Part shown: positions 24,221 through 33,584 of the stretch, piece by piece
Layout: each line of letters begins with the position of its first letter
How positions within the stretch are numbered: the first letter of the stretch is position 1
From: Myxococcota bacterium
GTDB lineage: Bacteria; Myxococcota_A; UBA9160; UBA6930
Assembly: GCA_965223415.1 (NCBI GenBank)
Contig: OZ245002.1
Location: 3,136,001-3,200,000 of the forward strand
Direction of reading: 5' to 3'
Length of the DNA stretch: 64,000 nt
Notes under the pieces: model-generated
Seen by the model: only the letters and a program-made list of their open reading frames with translations
What the model was told of the DNA's origin: nothing
The model's database searches: none
Position numbers and translations under genes: made by a program

Positions 24221-24760
24221 TCAGGAGCGACGTCGCGGCAGGGGGATCACCGCTGCAAGCTTCTGGGCGGGGAAGGCCTCGCCCTTCACGAAGGCGCCGA
24301 TGCCCGCGTCGATGATGCCGAAGAAGTTGCCGAGGGCGGCCAGGCGTTCCTCGGCGAAGCGTCCTTCCGGAAGACTCGACGGGCCGGCCGCCGCATCCTC
24401 CCGGAGCGTCCGGCCGGTCTCGCCCACCACGTCGAGCACTTGGCGCACGGTCCAGCGGAAGCGGCGCTCGAAGATCTCCTGGAAAGCGCGGAAGAAGTCG
24501 GTCGCCGCCTCGTAGTGGTCCCGGCGGGAGCCGGGCACGCTGCGGCGCTTCACCAGGTGCCACTCGGCCAGGGTACGCACGTTGATCGAGACATTGCTCT
24601 TGCTCTGGTCGAGGGCCGCGGCGATCTCGTCGAGGGAGAGGGGGCCTTCGGTGAGGTAGAGCAGGGCGAAGATGCGCCCCTGCTGTTGGGTGAGGATCCC
24701 GGAGGTGGCCGAGGCGGCGCCGATGCCGTCGACGAAGGCGGCGACCGTGTCGTCAAGCAT
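24221..24760 (-). CDS. GbsR/MarR-family transcriptional regulator
   Basis: GRIFALLYL..PLSLDEI...L..SKSNVS...G.RRDHY. Confidence 0.88.
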   Translation of the reverse strand: MLDDTVAAFVDGIGAASATSGILTQQQGRIFALLYLTEGPLSLDEIAAALDQSKSNVSINVRTLAEWHLVKRRSVPGSRRDHYEAATDFFRAFQEIFERRFRWTVRQVLDVVGETGRTLREDAAAGPSSLPEGRFAEERLAALGNFFGIIDAGIGAFVKGEAFPAQKLAAVIPLPRRRS

Positions 24761-25535
24761 GGCGGACCCTCCTCTGGCGGCGGGCGGCGCGCTCCGCGGA
24801 CGCCGCGGCGAGCGCTCCTCCCCCGGCGACGGCGACGACGATCGGAAGGCCGCCGAAGGCGAAGACGTGCTCGTGCACCTGGCGCAGGGCGAAGGCCAGC
24901 AGCAGTCCCACACCGAGGGCGAGCCACGGCTGCTCGCCCCAGACGAGGCGCTGGCGGCCCGAGAGGATCGCCGCGAAGGGGAGCCCGGACGTCTGCTCGA
25001 GGTAGGCCTCGTAGGGGGCCCCGAGCTTGCGGCGCAGCTTGCGATCCTGGTGCACCGCGCCGATCACCGCGTGGGCGGCGAGGCCCGCGAAGAAGGTGGC
25101 GCTCGCGAGCGACGGTGCCAGCGGGACGTGGCCGAGACCGAAGAGGGCGACGCCGGCGAAGAAGCCGTGGCGGGTGATGCGGGCCAGGCCCCGGGGCGCG
25201 TCGGTCCGGTGGACGAAGAGCGCCATCGGCGAGCGGGCGTACTCGGCGAGGCTCCCGGCGCCGAGGGCGAAGCCGGCGGCGATCGCGGCGATCCCGAGCC
25301 CGCGCACGAGGGGGTCGCCCGCCGCGCCCGGTCCGGGCCAGCCCTCGTGGCGGACTGCCGCCGTGGTGACGACCCAGATCCCGAAGGTCAGCGTGGCGAC
25401 GAGGGAAAAGAGATCGACGAAGCGGCGCTCGCCCAGGCGGGCGACGAGCCGGTCGCGGACCGGGGCCGTGCCCAGGCCCACGTGGGTGCCGAAGAAGAGG
25501 GCGAAGCCGAGGAGGACGAGCAGGGCGGGCTGCAT
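24753..25535 (-). CDS. NnrU-family membrane protein
   Basis: F.GTH, R..LV..LGE, RITRH, QD.K and TS.LPF.A. Confidence 0.8.
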   Translation of the reverse strand: MQPALLVLLGFALFFGTHVGLGTAPVRDRLVARLGERRFVDLFSLVATLTFGIWVVTTAAVRHEGWPGPGAAGDPLVRGLGIAAIAAGFALGAGSLAEYARSPMALFVHRTDAPRGLARITRHGFFAGVALFGLGHVPLAPSLASATFFAGLAAHAVIGAVHQDRKLRRKLGAPYEAYLEQTSGLPFAAILSGRQRLVWGEQPWLALGVGLLLAFALRQVHEHVFAFGGLPIVVAVAGGGALAAASAERAARRQRRVRHA

Positions 25536-25642
25536 GGGGACTCCCGGGGCGCGTTGATATCCTGAATGTTTAGCATATTTTGAACACACCGCAAGACCCC
25601 AACGCTAGACAATCCCGCCTCGGGGGCCCAATCTCGGTCCCC

Positions 25643-27118
25643 GTGACGAGCCAACCCACCTCCGACTTCCCCATCGCCATCCTCGGGGCCGGCTTCGCCG
25701 GCATCGGGACCGCCATCCGCCTCAAGAAGGCGGGCATCCACTCCTTCACGATCTTCGAGCGGGCCGGGGACGTGGGCGGCACCTGGCGCGACAACACCTA
25801 CCCGGGAGCGGCCTGCGACGTCCCCTCCCACGCCTACTCCCTCTCCTTCGAGCAGAGCTCCACCTGGAGCCGACGCTTCGCCGAGTCCGGCGAGATCCAC
25901 GACTACCTGCGTCGCATCACGGACAAGTGGAAGCTGCGCGACCACGTGCGGCTGAACACCGAGATCGTGGACGCGCGCTGGGACGAGCAGGCGGGGACGT
26001 GGACGCTCACCACCGACACCGACGAGACCTTCACCGCGCGGGTCGTCGTCTCCGGCGTCGGCGGGCTGGTGGATCCGTCCCTTCCAGACATCAAGGGGCT
26101 CCAGAGCTACACCGGCGAGGTCTTCCACACCGCGCGCTGGAACCACGACTACGACCTGGCCGGGCGCCGCGTGGCGGTGATCGGCACCGGGGCGAGCGCC
26201 GTGCAGGTGGTGCCGTCCATCGCCCGCGAGGTGGCCCAGCTCGACGTCTACCAGCGCACGCCTGCCTGGGTCGTGCCGAAGCGCGACAAGGTCTACTCCG
26301 AGCGCTTGAAGGCGCTGCTCGCGCGCTTCCCGATCCTGCTCCGCGCCAGCCGCGCCTTCAAGTACTGGATGAGCGAGCTCTTCGGTCCGATCGTCTTCCT
26401 CGACGACGCGCGCCTCTCCCGGATCGGCGAGCTGGGCTCCCTCGCCCACCTTCGGGCCCAGGTGAAGGACCCGGAGCTGCGCGAGAAGCTGCGGCCGAGC
26501 TTCCGATTCGGCTGCAAGCGCATCCTGATCTCCGACGACTACTGGGCCAGCTTCGAGCGGCCGAACGCCCTGCTGGTCACGGACCCGATCGAGGAGATCA
26601 AGGCCACCGGCATCGAGACGAAAGACGGCACCTTCCGCGAGGTGGACGCGATCGTCCTCGCCACCGGCTTCGCGCTGGGTCTGGCGAGCGCGCCGTTTCC
26701 GATCACCGGCCGGGGCGGCCGCACGCTGGACGAGGCCTGGCAGGAGGGCGCCGTCGCCTACAAGGGCATGAGCGTCCACGGCTTCCCCAACTGGTTCATC
26801 CTGATGGGGCCGAACACGGGCCCGGGCCACACCTCGGTCCTGGTCTACACCGAGGCGCAGATCGCCCACACCCTGACCGCGATCCAGAAGCTCCGGAAGG
26901 AAGGCCTCAAGTCTGTCGACGTCCGCCAGGACGTTCAGGATCGCTACAACGAGCGCATCCAGGGGCGCATGAAGCACATGGTGTGGTCGTCGGGCTGCAA
27001 CAGCTGGTACCTCTCGCCGGACGGGAGCAACCACTCGCTCTACCCGGGCTTCGCCGCGGAGTACGTCCTGCGGGCGAAGCCGTTCCGGGCGCGCGACTAC
27101 GAGATCGCGGCCTTCTGA
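25643..27118 (+). CDS. Flavin-containing monooxygenase (BVMO-type)
   Basis: GAGFAG, GGTWRDNTYPGAACD, F.G..FHTARW-like fingerprint, IGTGASA and ATGF. Confidence 0.93.
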   Translation: MTSQPTSDFPIAILGAGFAGIGTAIRLKKAGIHSFTIFERAGDVGGTWRDNTYPGAACDVPSHAYSLSFEQSSTWSRRFAESGEIHDYLRRITDKWKLRDHVRLNTEIVDARWDEQAGTWTLTTDTDETFTARVVVSGVGGLVDPSLPDIKGLQSYTGEVFHTARWNHDYDLAGRRVAVIGTGASAVQVVPSIAREVAQLDVYQRTPAWVVPKRDKVYSERLKALLARFPILLRASRAFKYWMSELFGPIVFLDDARLSRIGELGSLAHLRAQVKDPELREKLRPSFRFGCKRILISDDYWASFERPNALLVTDPIEEIKATGIETKDGTFREVDAIVLATGFALGLASAPFPITGRGGRTLDEAWQEGAVAYKGMSVHGFPNWFILMGPNTGPGHTSVLVYTEAQIAHTLTAIQKLRKEGLKSVDVRQDVQDRYNERIQGRMKHMVWSSGCNSWYLSPDGSNHSLYPGFAAEYVLRAKPFRARDYEIAAF

Positions 27119-27132
27119 CGTAGGTTTCTTCC

Positions 27133-28860
27133 ATGGCCGACTTCGACGTCCTGATCCGCGGCGGCACGGTGGTGGACGGCACCGGCGTTCCGGCCGCGCC
27201 GGCGGACGTCGGCATCCGGGAAGGTCGCGTCGCCGAGATCGGTCGGATCGATGCGGCCCGCGGCGAACGGGTCCTGGACGCGGACGGTCTCGTCGTCGCG
27301 CCGGGCTTCGTCGACCTGCACACCCACTACGACGCCCAGATCCAGTGGGACCCGTGGTGCTCGATCTCGGGCTGGCACGGCGTGACCTCGGTGGCCCTCG
27401 GCAACTGCGGCTTCGGGTTCGCACCGGTGCGACCCGCCGAGCGCGACCGCGCCATGCTCACCATGTCGCGCACCGAGGCGATCCCCTTCGAGTCGATGAA
27501 GGCGGGCATGATCTGGGACTGGGAGACCTTCCCGGAGTGGCTCGACACCTTGGAGCGCATTCCGAAGGGAGTCAACTGCCTCACCTATGCACCCCTCTCG
27601 CCGATCCTCGTCTACGGGATGGGGCTCGAGGCCGCCAAGTCGCGGGCGGCTCGCGACGACGAGCGGGTCGCCATGCAGCGGCTGCTCGCCGAGGCCATGG
27701 AGGCCGGCGCCTGCGGCTGGTCCGCCCAGCGCAACGGCCAGCACTCCATCCAGGCCGACTTCGACGGCACGCCCATGGTGACCGACACCATGAGCGAGAC
27801 CGATCTCATGGCCTTCGCCGACACCCTGGCGCGCTGCGGCGAGGGCTTCATCCAGATCACCCAGACCAGCGAGGGCGATCTCGAGAAGGACATGGCGGTC
27901 ACGGAGCGCCTCGCCGAGGTGAGTGGGCGGCCCGTGCTCTACAACGTGGTGCTCGCCGTCGACGAGGCGCCCTGGGTGCACCGCAAGTTCGTCGACTGGC
28001 TCGCGGACTGCCATCACCGGGGCCTCCAGGTCTACGGCCAGGCGAACAGCATCCGCGCTCCGTTCCAGATGACCCTCGAGGACTGGAACCTCTTCGACAC
28101 CGCGCCGGCCTGGAACCGGGCGCTCACCGGCACCCTCGAGGAGAAGAAGCAGAAGCTGCGGGATCCGGAGCTGCGCCGGGCCATGGCCCGGGACGCCGAC
28201 GAGGGACGCATCGTCTCCGTCCTCCTCGGCGGCACCATCGACGGCTACGTCTTCCAGGGCGCCACGAACGCGCCGACCCTCGACGCCCACATCGGGCGCA
28301 CCGTCGGCGAGATCGCCGCCGACCTCGGCCAGCATCCGGTCGAGTGCATGCTCCAGCTCGCCCTGGAGAGCGACCTCAAGGCGGGCTTCCTCACCGGCAG
28401 TGTGACCAGCTGCAACGCCGAGTACGTGGCCGAGCTGCTGGCCTCGCCCTACGTCTTCCCCGGCGTCTCCGACGGCGGCGCCCACACCAAGTTCCTGACC
28501 GCCGGCTCCTACACCACCGACACCCTGGAGTGGCTCGTGCGGGACGAGGGCCGCATGACCCTCGAGCAGGCCCACTACAAGCTCTCCTGGCTGCCGGCGC
28601 GGGCGGCGGGCTTCCGCCACCGCGGCGCGCTGCTCGAAGGAGCTCCCGCCGACGTGGTCGTCTACGACCTCACCCGCCTTCGCCGCCTCCCCGAGTGGTG
28701 GGGCTCGGAGATCGTCCACGACTTCCCCGGCGGCGAGTGGCGCCGCGTGCAGCGCGCCGAGGGCTACCACTGGACGCTCGTCAACGGCGAGATCACCTTC
28801 GAGGACGGGGCGTGCACGGGGGCCACGCCGGGGCGGTTGCTGCGGCACGGGCGGGGTTGA
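27133..28860 (+). CDS. N-acyl-D-amino-acid deacylase-like amidohydrolase
   Basis: PGFVDLHTHYD, HGVTSV..GNCG and SDGGAH. Confidence 0.9.
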   Translation: MADFDVLIRGGTVVDGTGVPAAPADVGIREGRVAEIGRIDAARGERVLDADGLVVAPGFVDLHTHYDAQIQWDPWCSISGWHGVTSVALGNCGFGFAPVRPAERDRAMLTMSRTEAIPFESMKAGMIWDWETFPEWLDTLERIPKGVNCLTYAPLSPILVYGMGLEAAKSRAARDDERVAMQRLLAEAMEAGACGWSAQRNGQHSIQADFDGTPMVTDTMSETDLMAFADTLARCGEGFIQITQTSEGDLEKDMAVTERLAEVSGRPVLYNVVLAVDEAPWVHRKFVDWLADCHHRGLQVYGQANSIRAPFQMTLEDWNLFDTAPAWNRALTGTLEEKKQKLRDPELRRAMARDADEGRIVSVLLGGTIDGYVFQGATNAPTLDAHIGRTVGEIAADLGQHPVECMLQLALESDLKAGFLTGSVTSCNAEYVAELLASPYVFPGVSDGGAHTKFLTAGSYTTDTLEWLVRDEGRMTLEQAHYKLSWLPARAAGFRHRGALLEGAPADVVVYDLTRLRRLPEWWGSEIVHDFPGGEWRRVQRAEGYHWTLVNGEITFEDGACTGATPGRLLRHGRG

Positions 28861-28884
28861 TCGCGACCGGGTGGGCCACGCGCG

Positions 28885-29028
28885 GCCTGGGTTCGGTTGG
28901 GACTGGAGACGGCCGGGGAGGTGCGGGCTGCCTTTTTTGCCTGTGGGCGGCGCGCCCCCTCTGCACTCACAGGCAAGAAGGCTGCCCGCACCGCCACGGC
29001 CACCTCCCGTCCCAACCCAACCCAAGGC
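28885..29028. repeat. Long imperfect inverted repeat (REP/MITE-like)
   Basis: Arms of about 60 bp: GGGTTCGGTTGGGAC...GTGCGGGCTGCCTT...GCCTGTG vs CACAGGC...AAGGCTGCCCGCAC...GTCCCAACCCAACCC. Confidence 0.75.
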
Positions 29029-29095
29029 CCGCACCACCGCCCCGCCGCGATCGACTGCCCTGGCGCGCCTCCGCACTCCACCCCACCATCCCCCC

Positions 29096-30262
29096 ATGGA
29101 CTTCGCTTGGGGTCAAGAGCTCGAATCCATCCGCCGCGAGGCCACCCGCCTCTGCGAGCCCTTCGACGACGACTACTGGAGTGGCTGCGACGAGAAGCAC
29201 GAGTTCCCCTGGGCGTTCTATCGGGCGTTCGCCGAACAGGGGTGGATCGGCATCCTCGTCCCTGAGGCGTACGGGGGTGCGGGGCTCGGCACCCTCCACG
29301 CCGGAGCGCTCCTGAATGCGGTGGCCGCCAGCGCCGGCGCGCAGAACGCGGCATCCACGCTCCACCTCTCGATCTTCGGCATGGGGCCGGTCATCCATCA
29401 TGGCTCCGAGGACCTGAAGCACCGCAGCCTGCCCCCGACGGCCAGCGGGGAGCTCCACGTGTCCTTCGGCGTCACGGAGGACGACGCCGGCACCGACACC
29501 AGCCGCATCCGCACCTTCGCCCGCCGGGACGGCGACCGCTTCGTCGTGAACGGCAAGAAGGTGTGGAACACGAAGGCCCAGCAGGCCCAGAAGATCCTGC
29601 TCCTCGCGCGGACGACGCCGCGGGAGGAGTGCGCCCGCCCCCTCGACGGCATGACGCTCTTCCTCGCGGACCTGGATCCCGCTTACGTCGAGATCCGCGA
29701 GATTCCCAAGCTGGGCCGCAATGCGGTCAACTCCAACGAGGTGTACATCGAGGAGCTGCCGGTTCCGGTGGAGGACGTCGTCGGCGAGGTGGGGCGCGGC
29801 TTCTACCACCTGCTGGACGGCCTCAACCCGGAGCGCATCGTGATCTCGGCCGAGGCGGTGGGCATCGGTCGGCGCGCCCTTGAGGTGGCCGCTCGTTATG
29901 CGAAGGAGCGGATCGTCTTCGACCGCCCGATCGGGAAGAACCAGGCCATCGCGCATCCCCTGGCGGACTCGCTCTCGGAGCTGGAGGCGGCCGATCTCCT
30001 GTGGCAGAAGGCGGCCTGGGCCTACGACGCTGGGGAGCCGGCGGGTCCGCTCGCGAACATGGCGAAGCTTCGCGCCAGCGAGGCCGCCTTCACGGCCTGT
30101 GACCGCGCGCTCCAGACCTTCGGGGGCTTCGGCTACGCCCGGGAGTTCCACGTCGAGCGCTACTGGCGGGAGGCGCGGCTGGCGCGCATCGCTCCGATCT
30201 CGAACGAGATGGTGCGCAGCTACCTCGCCGAGCACGTGCTCGGGCTTCCGCGGAGCCACTGA
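29096..30262 (+). CDS. Acyl-CoA dehydrogenase
   Basis: FGVTE.DAGTD, NGKKVW, ERI, R.VFDRPIGKNQAI and FGGFGY. Confidence 0.92.
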   Translation: MDFAWGQELESIRREATRLCEPFDDDYWSGCDEKHEFPWAFYRAFAEQGWIGILVPEAYGGAGLGTLHAGALLNAVAASAGAQNAASTLHLSIFGMGPVIHHGSEDLKHRSLPPTASGELHVSFGVTEDDAGTDTSRIRTFARRDGDRFVVNGKKVWNTKAQQAQKILLLARTTPREECARPLDGMTLFLADLDPAYVEIREIPKLGRNAVNSNEVYIEELPVPVEDVVGEVGRGFYHLLDGLNPERIVISAEAVGIGRRALEVAARYAKERIVFDRPIGKNQAIAHPLADSLSELEAADLLWQKAAWAYDAGEPAGPLANMAKLRASEAAFTACDRALQTFGGFGYAREFHVERYWREARLARIAPISNEMVRSYLAEHVLGLPRSH

Positions 30263-30267
30263 CCCGG

Positions 30268-31584
30268 TCAGGTGCCTCGGCGGATCTGGCGATCGGTGCG
30301 CCGGTCGACGACGCCGAAGATGCCGGTCAGGAGCTTCGTGCTGAGCCACATCAGGGGCTCGGGCAGGCCCGGCGGCTCGCGGCGCGCCAGGGCCTCCGCC
30401 GCCGGGTGGGTGCGGCCCGCAATCTGCTCCGCCAGCAGCGCGCCCATGAGGTTGGCCTGGGCGACGCCGTGCCCCGCATAGCCGAGGCCGTAGTGGACGT
30501 TTCCCCGGGCGCCCGTGCGCCCGAGGGCGGGCAGGAAGTCGAGGTTGAGGCCGATCCAGCCGCCCCAGAAGTGGGCGACCGGGTGGCTGCCGAGCTCCGG
30601 GAAGCGCTCGCGGAAGGCGGACTCGATCGTGCGGAACATCTCCGGCTGGTGCCCCTCGGCGAGGGCGCGGCCGAAGGCGTAGCGAATCGTCTTCGAGCCG
30701 CCGACGATCGTGCCGCGGGGTGTGAGCTGGTAGCTCTCGAGGGTCTCGTGGGCGGTGTAGACGCCCTCGCGTCCCGGCCAGCCGAGGGCCTCCCGCTGGC
30801 TCGCGTCCAAGGGCGCGGTCTCGAAGAGCGAGACGCGGAGGGGCGTGACGAGGCGCTTCTTCCAGCCGGTGGCCGGCGTGTAGGCGTTGGTGGCCAACAC
30901 CGCGTGGTCGGCGGCGATCTCGCCGCCCTCCGTTCGCACGCGGATCGGCGCGCCATCGACGAGCTCGCGCATGGGCGAGCCCTCGAAGAGCCGAACGCCC
31001 GCGGCGATCGCCGCCCGGCGCAGGCCCATCACGAAGCGCCCGGGGTGGAGCGTGCCCCCGCACTCCTCCAGCACGCCGCTCCGGAAGGCGGGCGGCAGAC
31101 CGCGCTCGCGCATCTCTCCCTCGGAGAGGAAGCGCACCTCGGCGCCGAGGCTGCGGGCGGCGTCCGCCGCCCGCTCCAGGCGCGGCGCCTGCTTCGGATG
31201 CACGCCCGCCATGACGTTGCCGCACGGGGCGTAGTCGCAGTCGATGCCGTGCTTGCGCATCGTCTCCTCGGCGTGGCCGACCGCCTCGTCGGCGAAGCGC
31301 ACCAGCCGTGCCGCGCGTTCCCGGCCGAAGAGCCGGAGCAGGGTCGGGATGTCCTTGCCGATGGTCGGCGTGAGGTGCCCCGCGTTCCGGCCGCTTGCTC
31401 CAGAGCCGGCGAAGTCCTGCTCGACGAGGGCGACGTCGGCGCCCTCGGCGCGCAGGGCGAGGGCCGTGGAGAGGCCCGTGTAGCCGCCGCCTATGATCAC
31501 CACGTCGACCCGAAGGCTCTCGCCCAGCGCAGGCTGGCGATCCGCCGGCGGCTCCACCCAGGGGCTGATCTCGAGGTAGGTCAC
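30268..31584 (-). CDS. FAD-dependent amine oxidoreductase (PuuB/DAO-like)
   Basis: IIGGGYTGLS, GASGRNAG, ATNAY and GY.GHGV. Confidence 0.9.
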   Translation of the reverse strand: MTYLEISPWVEPPADRQPALGESLRVDVVIIGGGYTGLSTALALRAEGADVALVEQDFAGSGASGRNAGHLTPTIGKDIPTLLRLFGRERAARLVRFADEAVGHAEETMRKHGIDCDYAPCGNVMAGVHPKQAPRLERAADAARSLGAEVRFLSEGEMRERGLPPAFRSGVLEECGGTLHPGRFVMGLRRAAIAAGVRLFEGSPMRELVDGAPIRVRTEGGEIAADHAVLATNAYTPATGWKKRLVTPLRVSLFETAPLDASQREALGWPGREGVYTAHETLESYQLTPRGTIVGGSKTIRYAFGRALAEGHQPEMFRTIESAFRERFPELGSHPVAHFWGGWIGLNLDFLPALGRTGARGNVHYGLGYAGHGVAQANLMGALLAEQIAGRTHPAAEALARREPPGLPEPLMWLSTKLLTGIFGVVDRRTDRQIRRGT

Positions 31585-32927
31585 GGCGACGCCTCCTCGA
31601 CCGCTTCCCCGACGATGGCGACGATCTCGTCGATCTCCTCCCGGCTCGCGATGAGCGGCGGCGAGACGGGCGTGCACTCCCACAGCGCCCGGAGGATCAG
31701 GCCCTTCGCGAGTGCGCGGCTGGCGATGGAGGCCGGGAACGACATGGGGGTCTCGCCCACGGGCTCCGTCGTGCCGGGGCGAGCCCACTCCACCGCGGTG
31801 AACATGCCGGCCCCGCGGATCTCGCCCACCAGGGGATGGGAGCCGAGCGTCGCCTTCAGACGCTCCAGGAGGTAGGCCCCCACCTCGGCGCTGTTGGCGA
31901 CCAGGCCTTCGCGCTCGACGATGTCGAGGTTGGCGTGGGCCGCCGTGCAGCAGGCTGCGTGGTTGTTGTAGGTGAGGCCGACCATGAAGGGCAGGCCGTG
32001 GGGTGCGCAATCGCGGATCGTCTCGTACACACCGCCCGTGACGCCCACGGCGCCGAGGGGCAGGTATCCGCTCGTGATGCCCTTGGCGAAGCTCACCAGG
32101 TCCGGGCGCACGCGGTAGGTCTCCATGCCGAACCAGCTCCCGGTGCGCCCGAAGCCGGTGATCACCTCGTCCAGAATGAGCAGCACGCCGTGGCGATCGC
32201 AGACGTCGCGAAGACGGTCGAAGTAGTCGTCGGGCGGCGGGATGACGCCGCCGGTGCCCATCACGGGCTCGGCGATGATCGCGGCGACCGTGTCGGCCCC
32301 CTCGCGCTCGATGGCCAGCTCGATGGCGTCGGCGCACGCGATGTCGCAGGACGGCAGCGTCTGGCCCAGCTCGCAGCGGAAGCAGTAGGGCGCCGGCACC
32401 TGCACGTGGAGGGGATCCGGCTCCTCGAAGATGTGATAGGCGGGAAGCCGGGTGGCGGATCCCGCCGCGCGGGTGATGCCGTGGTAGGAGTGGGCGCGGG
32501 AGAGGATCTTGCGCCGCCCGGGCTCGCCGCGCACCGCGTGGTAGAGCCGGGCGATGCGGAAGTTCGTCTCGTTGGCATCGGAGCCGCCGGTGGTGAACAG
32601 GAAGTGGTCGAGTTCGCTTCCGGCGGGCATGCGCTTGGCGAGGCGCTCCGCCAGGCGGATGGCCGGCTCCGTCGCGTAGTCCCAGAAGCCCGGGTAGTAG
32701 GCGATCTCGCGCATCTGGGCCGCCACCGCCTCGGCGATCTCGGTGCGGCCGTGGCCCACGTTCACGTTCCACAGGCCCGACAAGCCGTCGATGAGCGTGC
32801 GACCGTCGGCGAGCCGGATGCGGATACCCTCTCCGCCTTCGACGATCTTCGGCCCCTTCTTTTCGTGGCTGCGAAGCTCGGTGATCGGGTGGATCAGGTG
32901 CGCGCGGTCGAGGTCGGCCAGATCCAT
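31581..32927 (-). CDS. Class III PLP-dependent aminotransferase
   Basis: DGLSGLWNVNVGHG, EPVMG.GG, DEVITGFGRTG and AKGITSGY. Confidence 0.93.
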   Translation of the reverse strand: MDLADLDRAHLIHPITELRSHEKKGPKIVEGGEGIRIRLADGRTLIDGLSGLWNVNVGHGRTEIAEAVAAQMREIAYYPGFWDYATEPAIRLAERLAKRMPAGSELDHFLFTTGGSDANETNFRIARLYHAVRGEPGRRKILSRAHSYHGITRAAGSATRLPAYHIFEEPDPLHVQVPAPYCFRCELGQTLPSCDIACADAIELAIEREGADTVAAIIAEPVMGTGGVIPPPDDYFDRLRDVCDRHGVLLILDEVITGFGRTGSWFGMETYRVRPDLVSFAKGITSGYLPLGAVGVTGGVYETIRDCAPHGLPFMVGLTYNNHAACCTAAHANLDIVEREGLVANSAEVGAYLLERLKATLGSHPLVGEIRGAGMFTAVEWARPGTTEPVGETPMSFPASIASRALAKGLILRALWECTPVSPPLIASREEIDEIVAIVGEAVEEASP

Positions 32928-32940
32928 GGCTCCTCCAGTT

Positions 32941-32977
32941 CTTTACAGATGTCCAATTTTATCGTACATTCGGACGA
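32941..32977 (+). promoter_or_regulatory. Divergent control region: promoter plus two TetR-like operators
   Basis: TTTACA-N17-TACATT ends 7 nt before the tetR ATG; imperfect palindromes CTTTACAGATGTCCAA and TCGTACATTCGGACGA. Confidence 0.6.
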
Positions 32978-33583
32978 ATGCAATCCGGGCCCGAGCCGAC
33001 GCCGACCTTGCCGCGGGGCGAGCGGAGCCGAAGGGCCATCCTGGAGGCCACCCTACGGGTGATCGCTCGCGGCGGGGTGGACGCCGTGACCCATCGCCGG
33101 GTGGCTGCGGAGGCGGGGGTCTCCCACGGCACGACGACCTACCACTTCGCCTCCCGCGACGAGATCGTCCTCGAGGCGTTCCGCTACTACATCGGGACCA
33201 TCTCGACGCTGATGGCCTCGGCCGGCGCCGAGCTGCGGGAGCCGACGCCCGAGGCGATCGTCGACTTCCTGGTCGAGCTGGTGCGGCGCGAGTTCACGGA
33301 CCCGGAGCTTCTGCTCGCCGAGTACGAGCTGATCCTGTTCGCCGCGCGGAACGAGGCCCTCGCGCGGGAGTACCGTGCGTGGCAGCGAGGACTCGACGCC
33401 CAGCTCGCGGCAGCTCTCGAGGCCTGCGGTGCGCCGCGACCGGTGGAGGCGGCGCGCCTGATCAGCTCGGTGCACCGCGCCTTCGAGCTCGAGCGGCTCA
33501 CCCTGCCCGACACGCCGGCCGAGGACCTGCGCCGTCGGCTCGAGCTGCTGCTTCCGGGCCTGCTGGCCCCCGGCTTGGAGTAA
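32978..33583 (+). CDS. TetR-family regulator
   Basis: ILEATLRVIARGG...HRRVAAEAGVS.GTTTYHF. Confidence 0.93.
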   Translation: MQSGPEPTPTLPRGERSRRAILEATLRVIARGGVDAVTHRRVAAEAGVSHGTTTYHFASRDEIVLEAFRYYIGTISTLMASAGAELREPTPEAIVDFLVELVRREFTDPELLLAEYELILFAARNEALAREYRAWQRGLDAQLAAALEACGAPRPVEAARLISSVHRAFELERLTLPDTPAEDLRRRLELLLPGLLAPGLE

Positions 33584-33584
33584 C

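Noticed and set aside
25553..25590. AT-rich patch with imperfect palindrome TGTTTAG...TTGAACA as a GbsR operator
   Set aside because: Plausible but too degenerate to call from sequence alone
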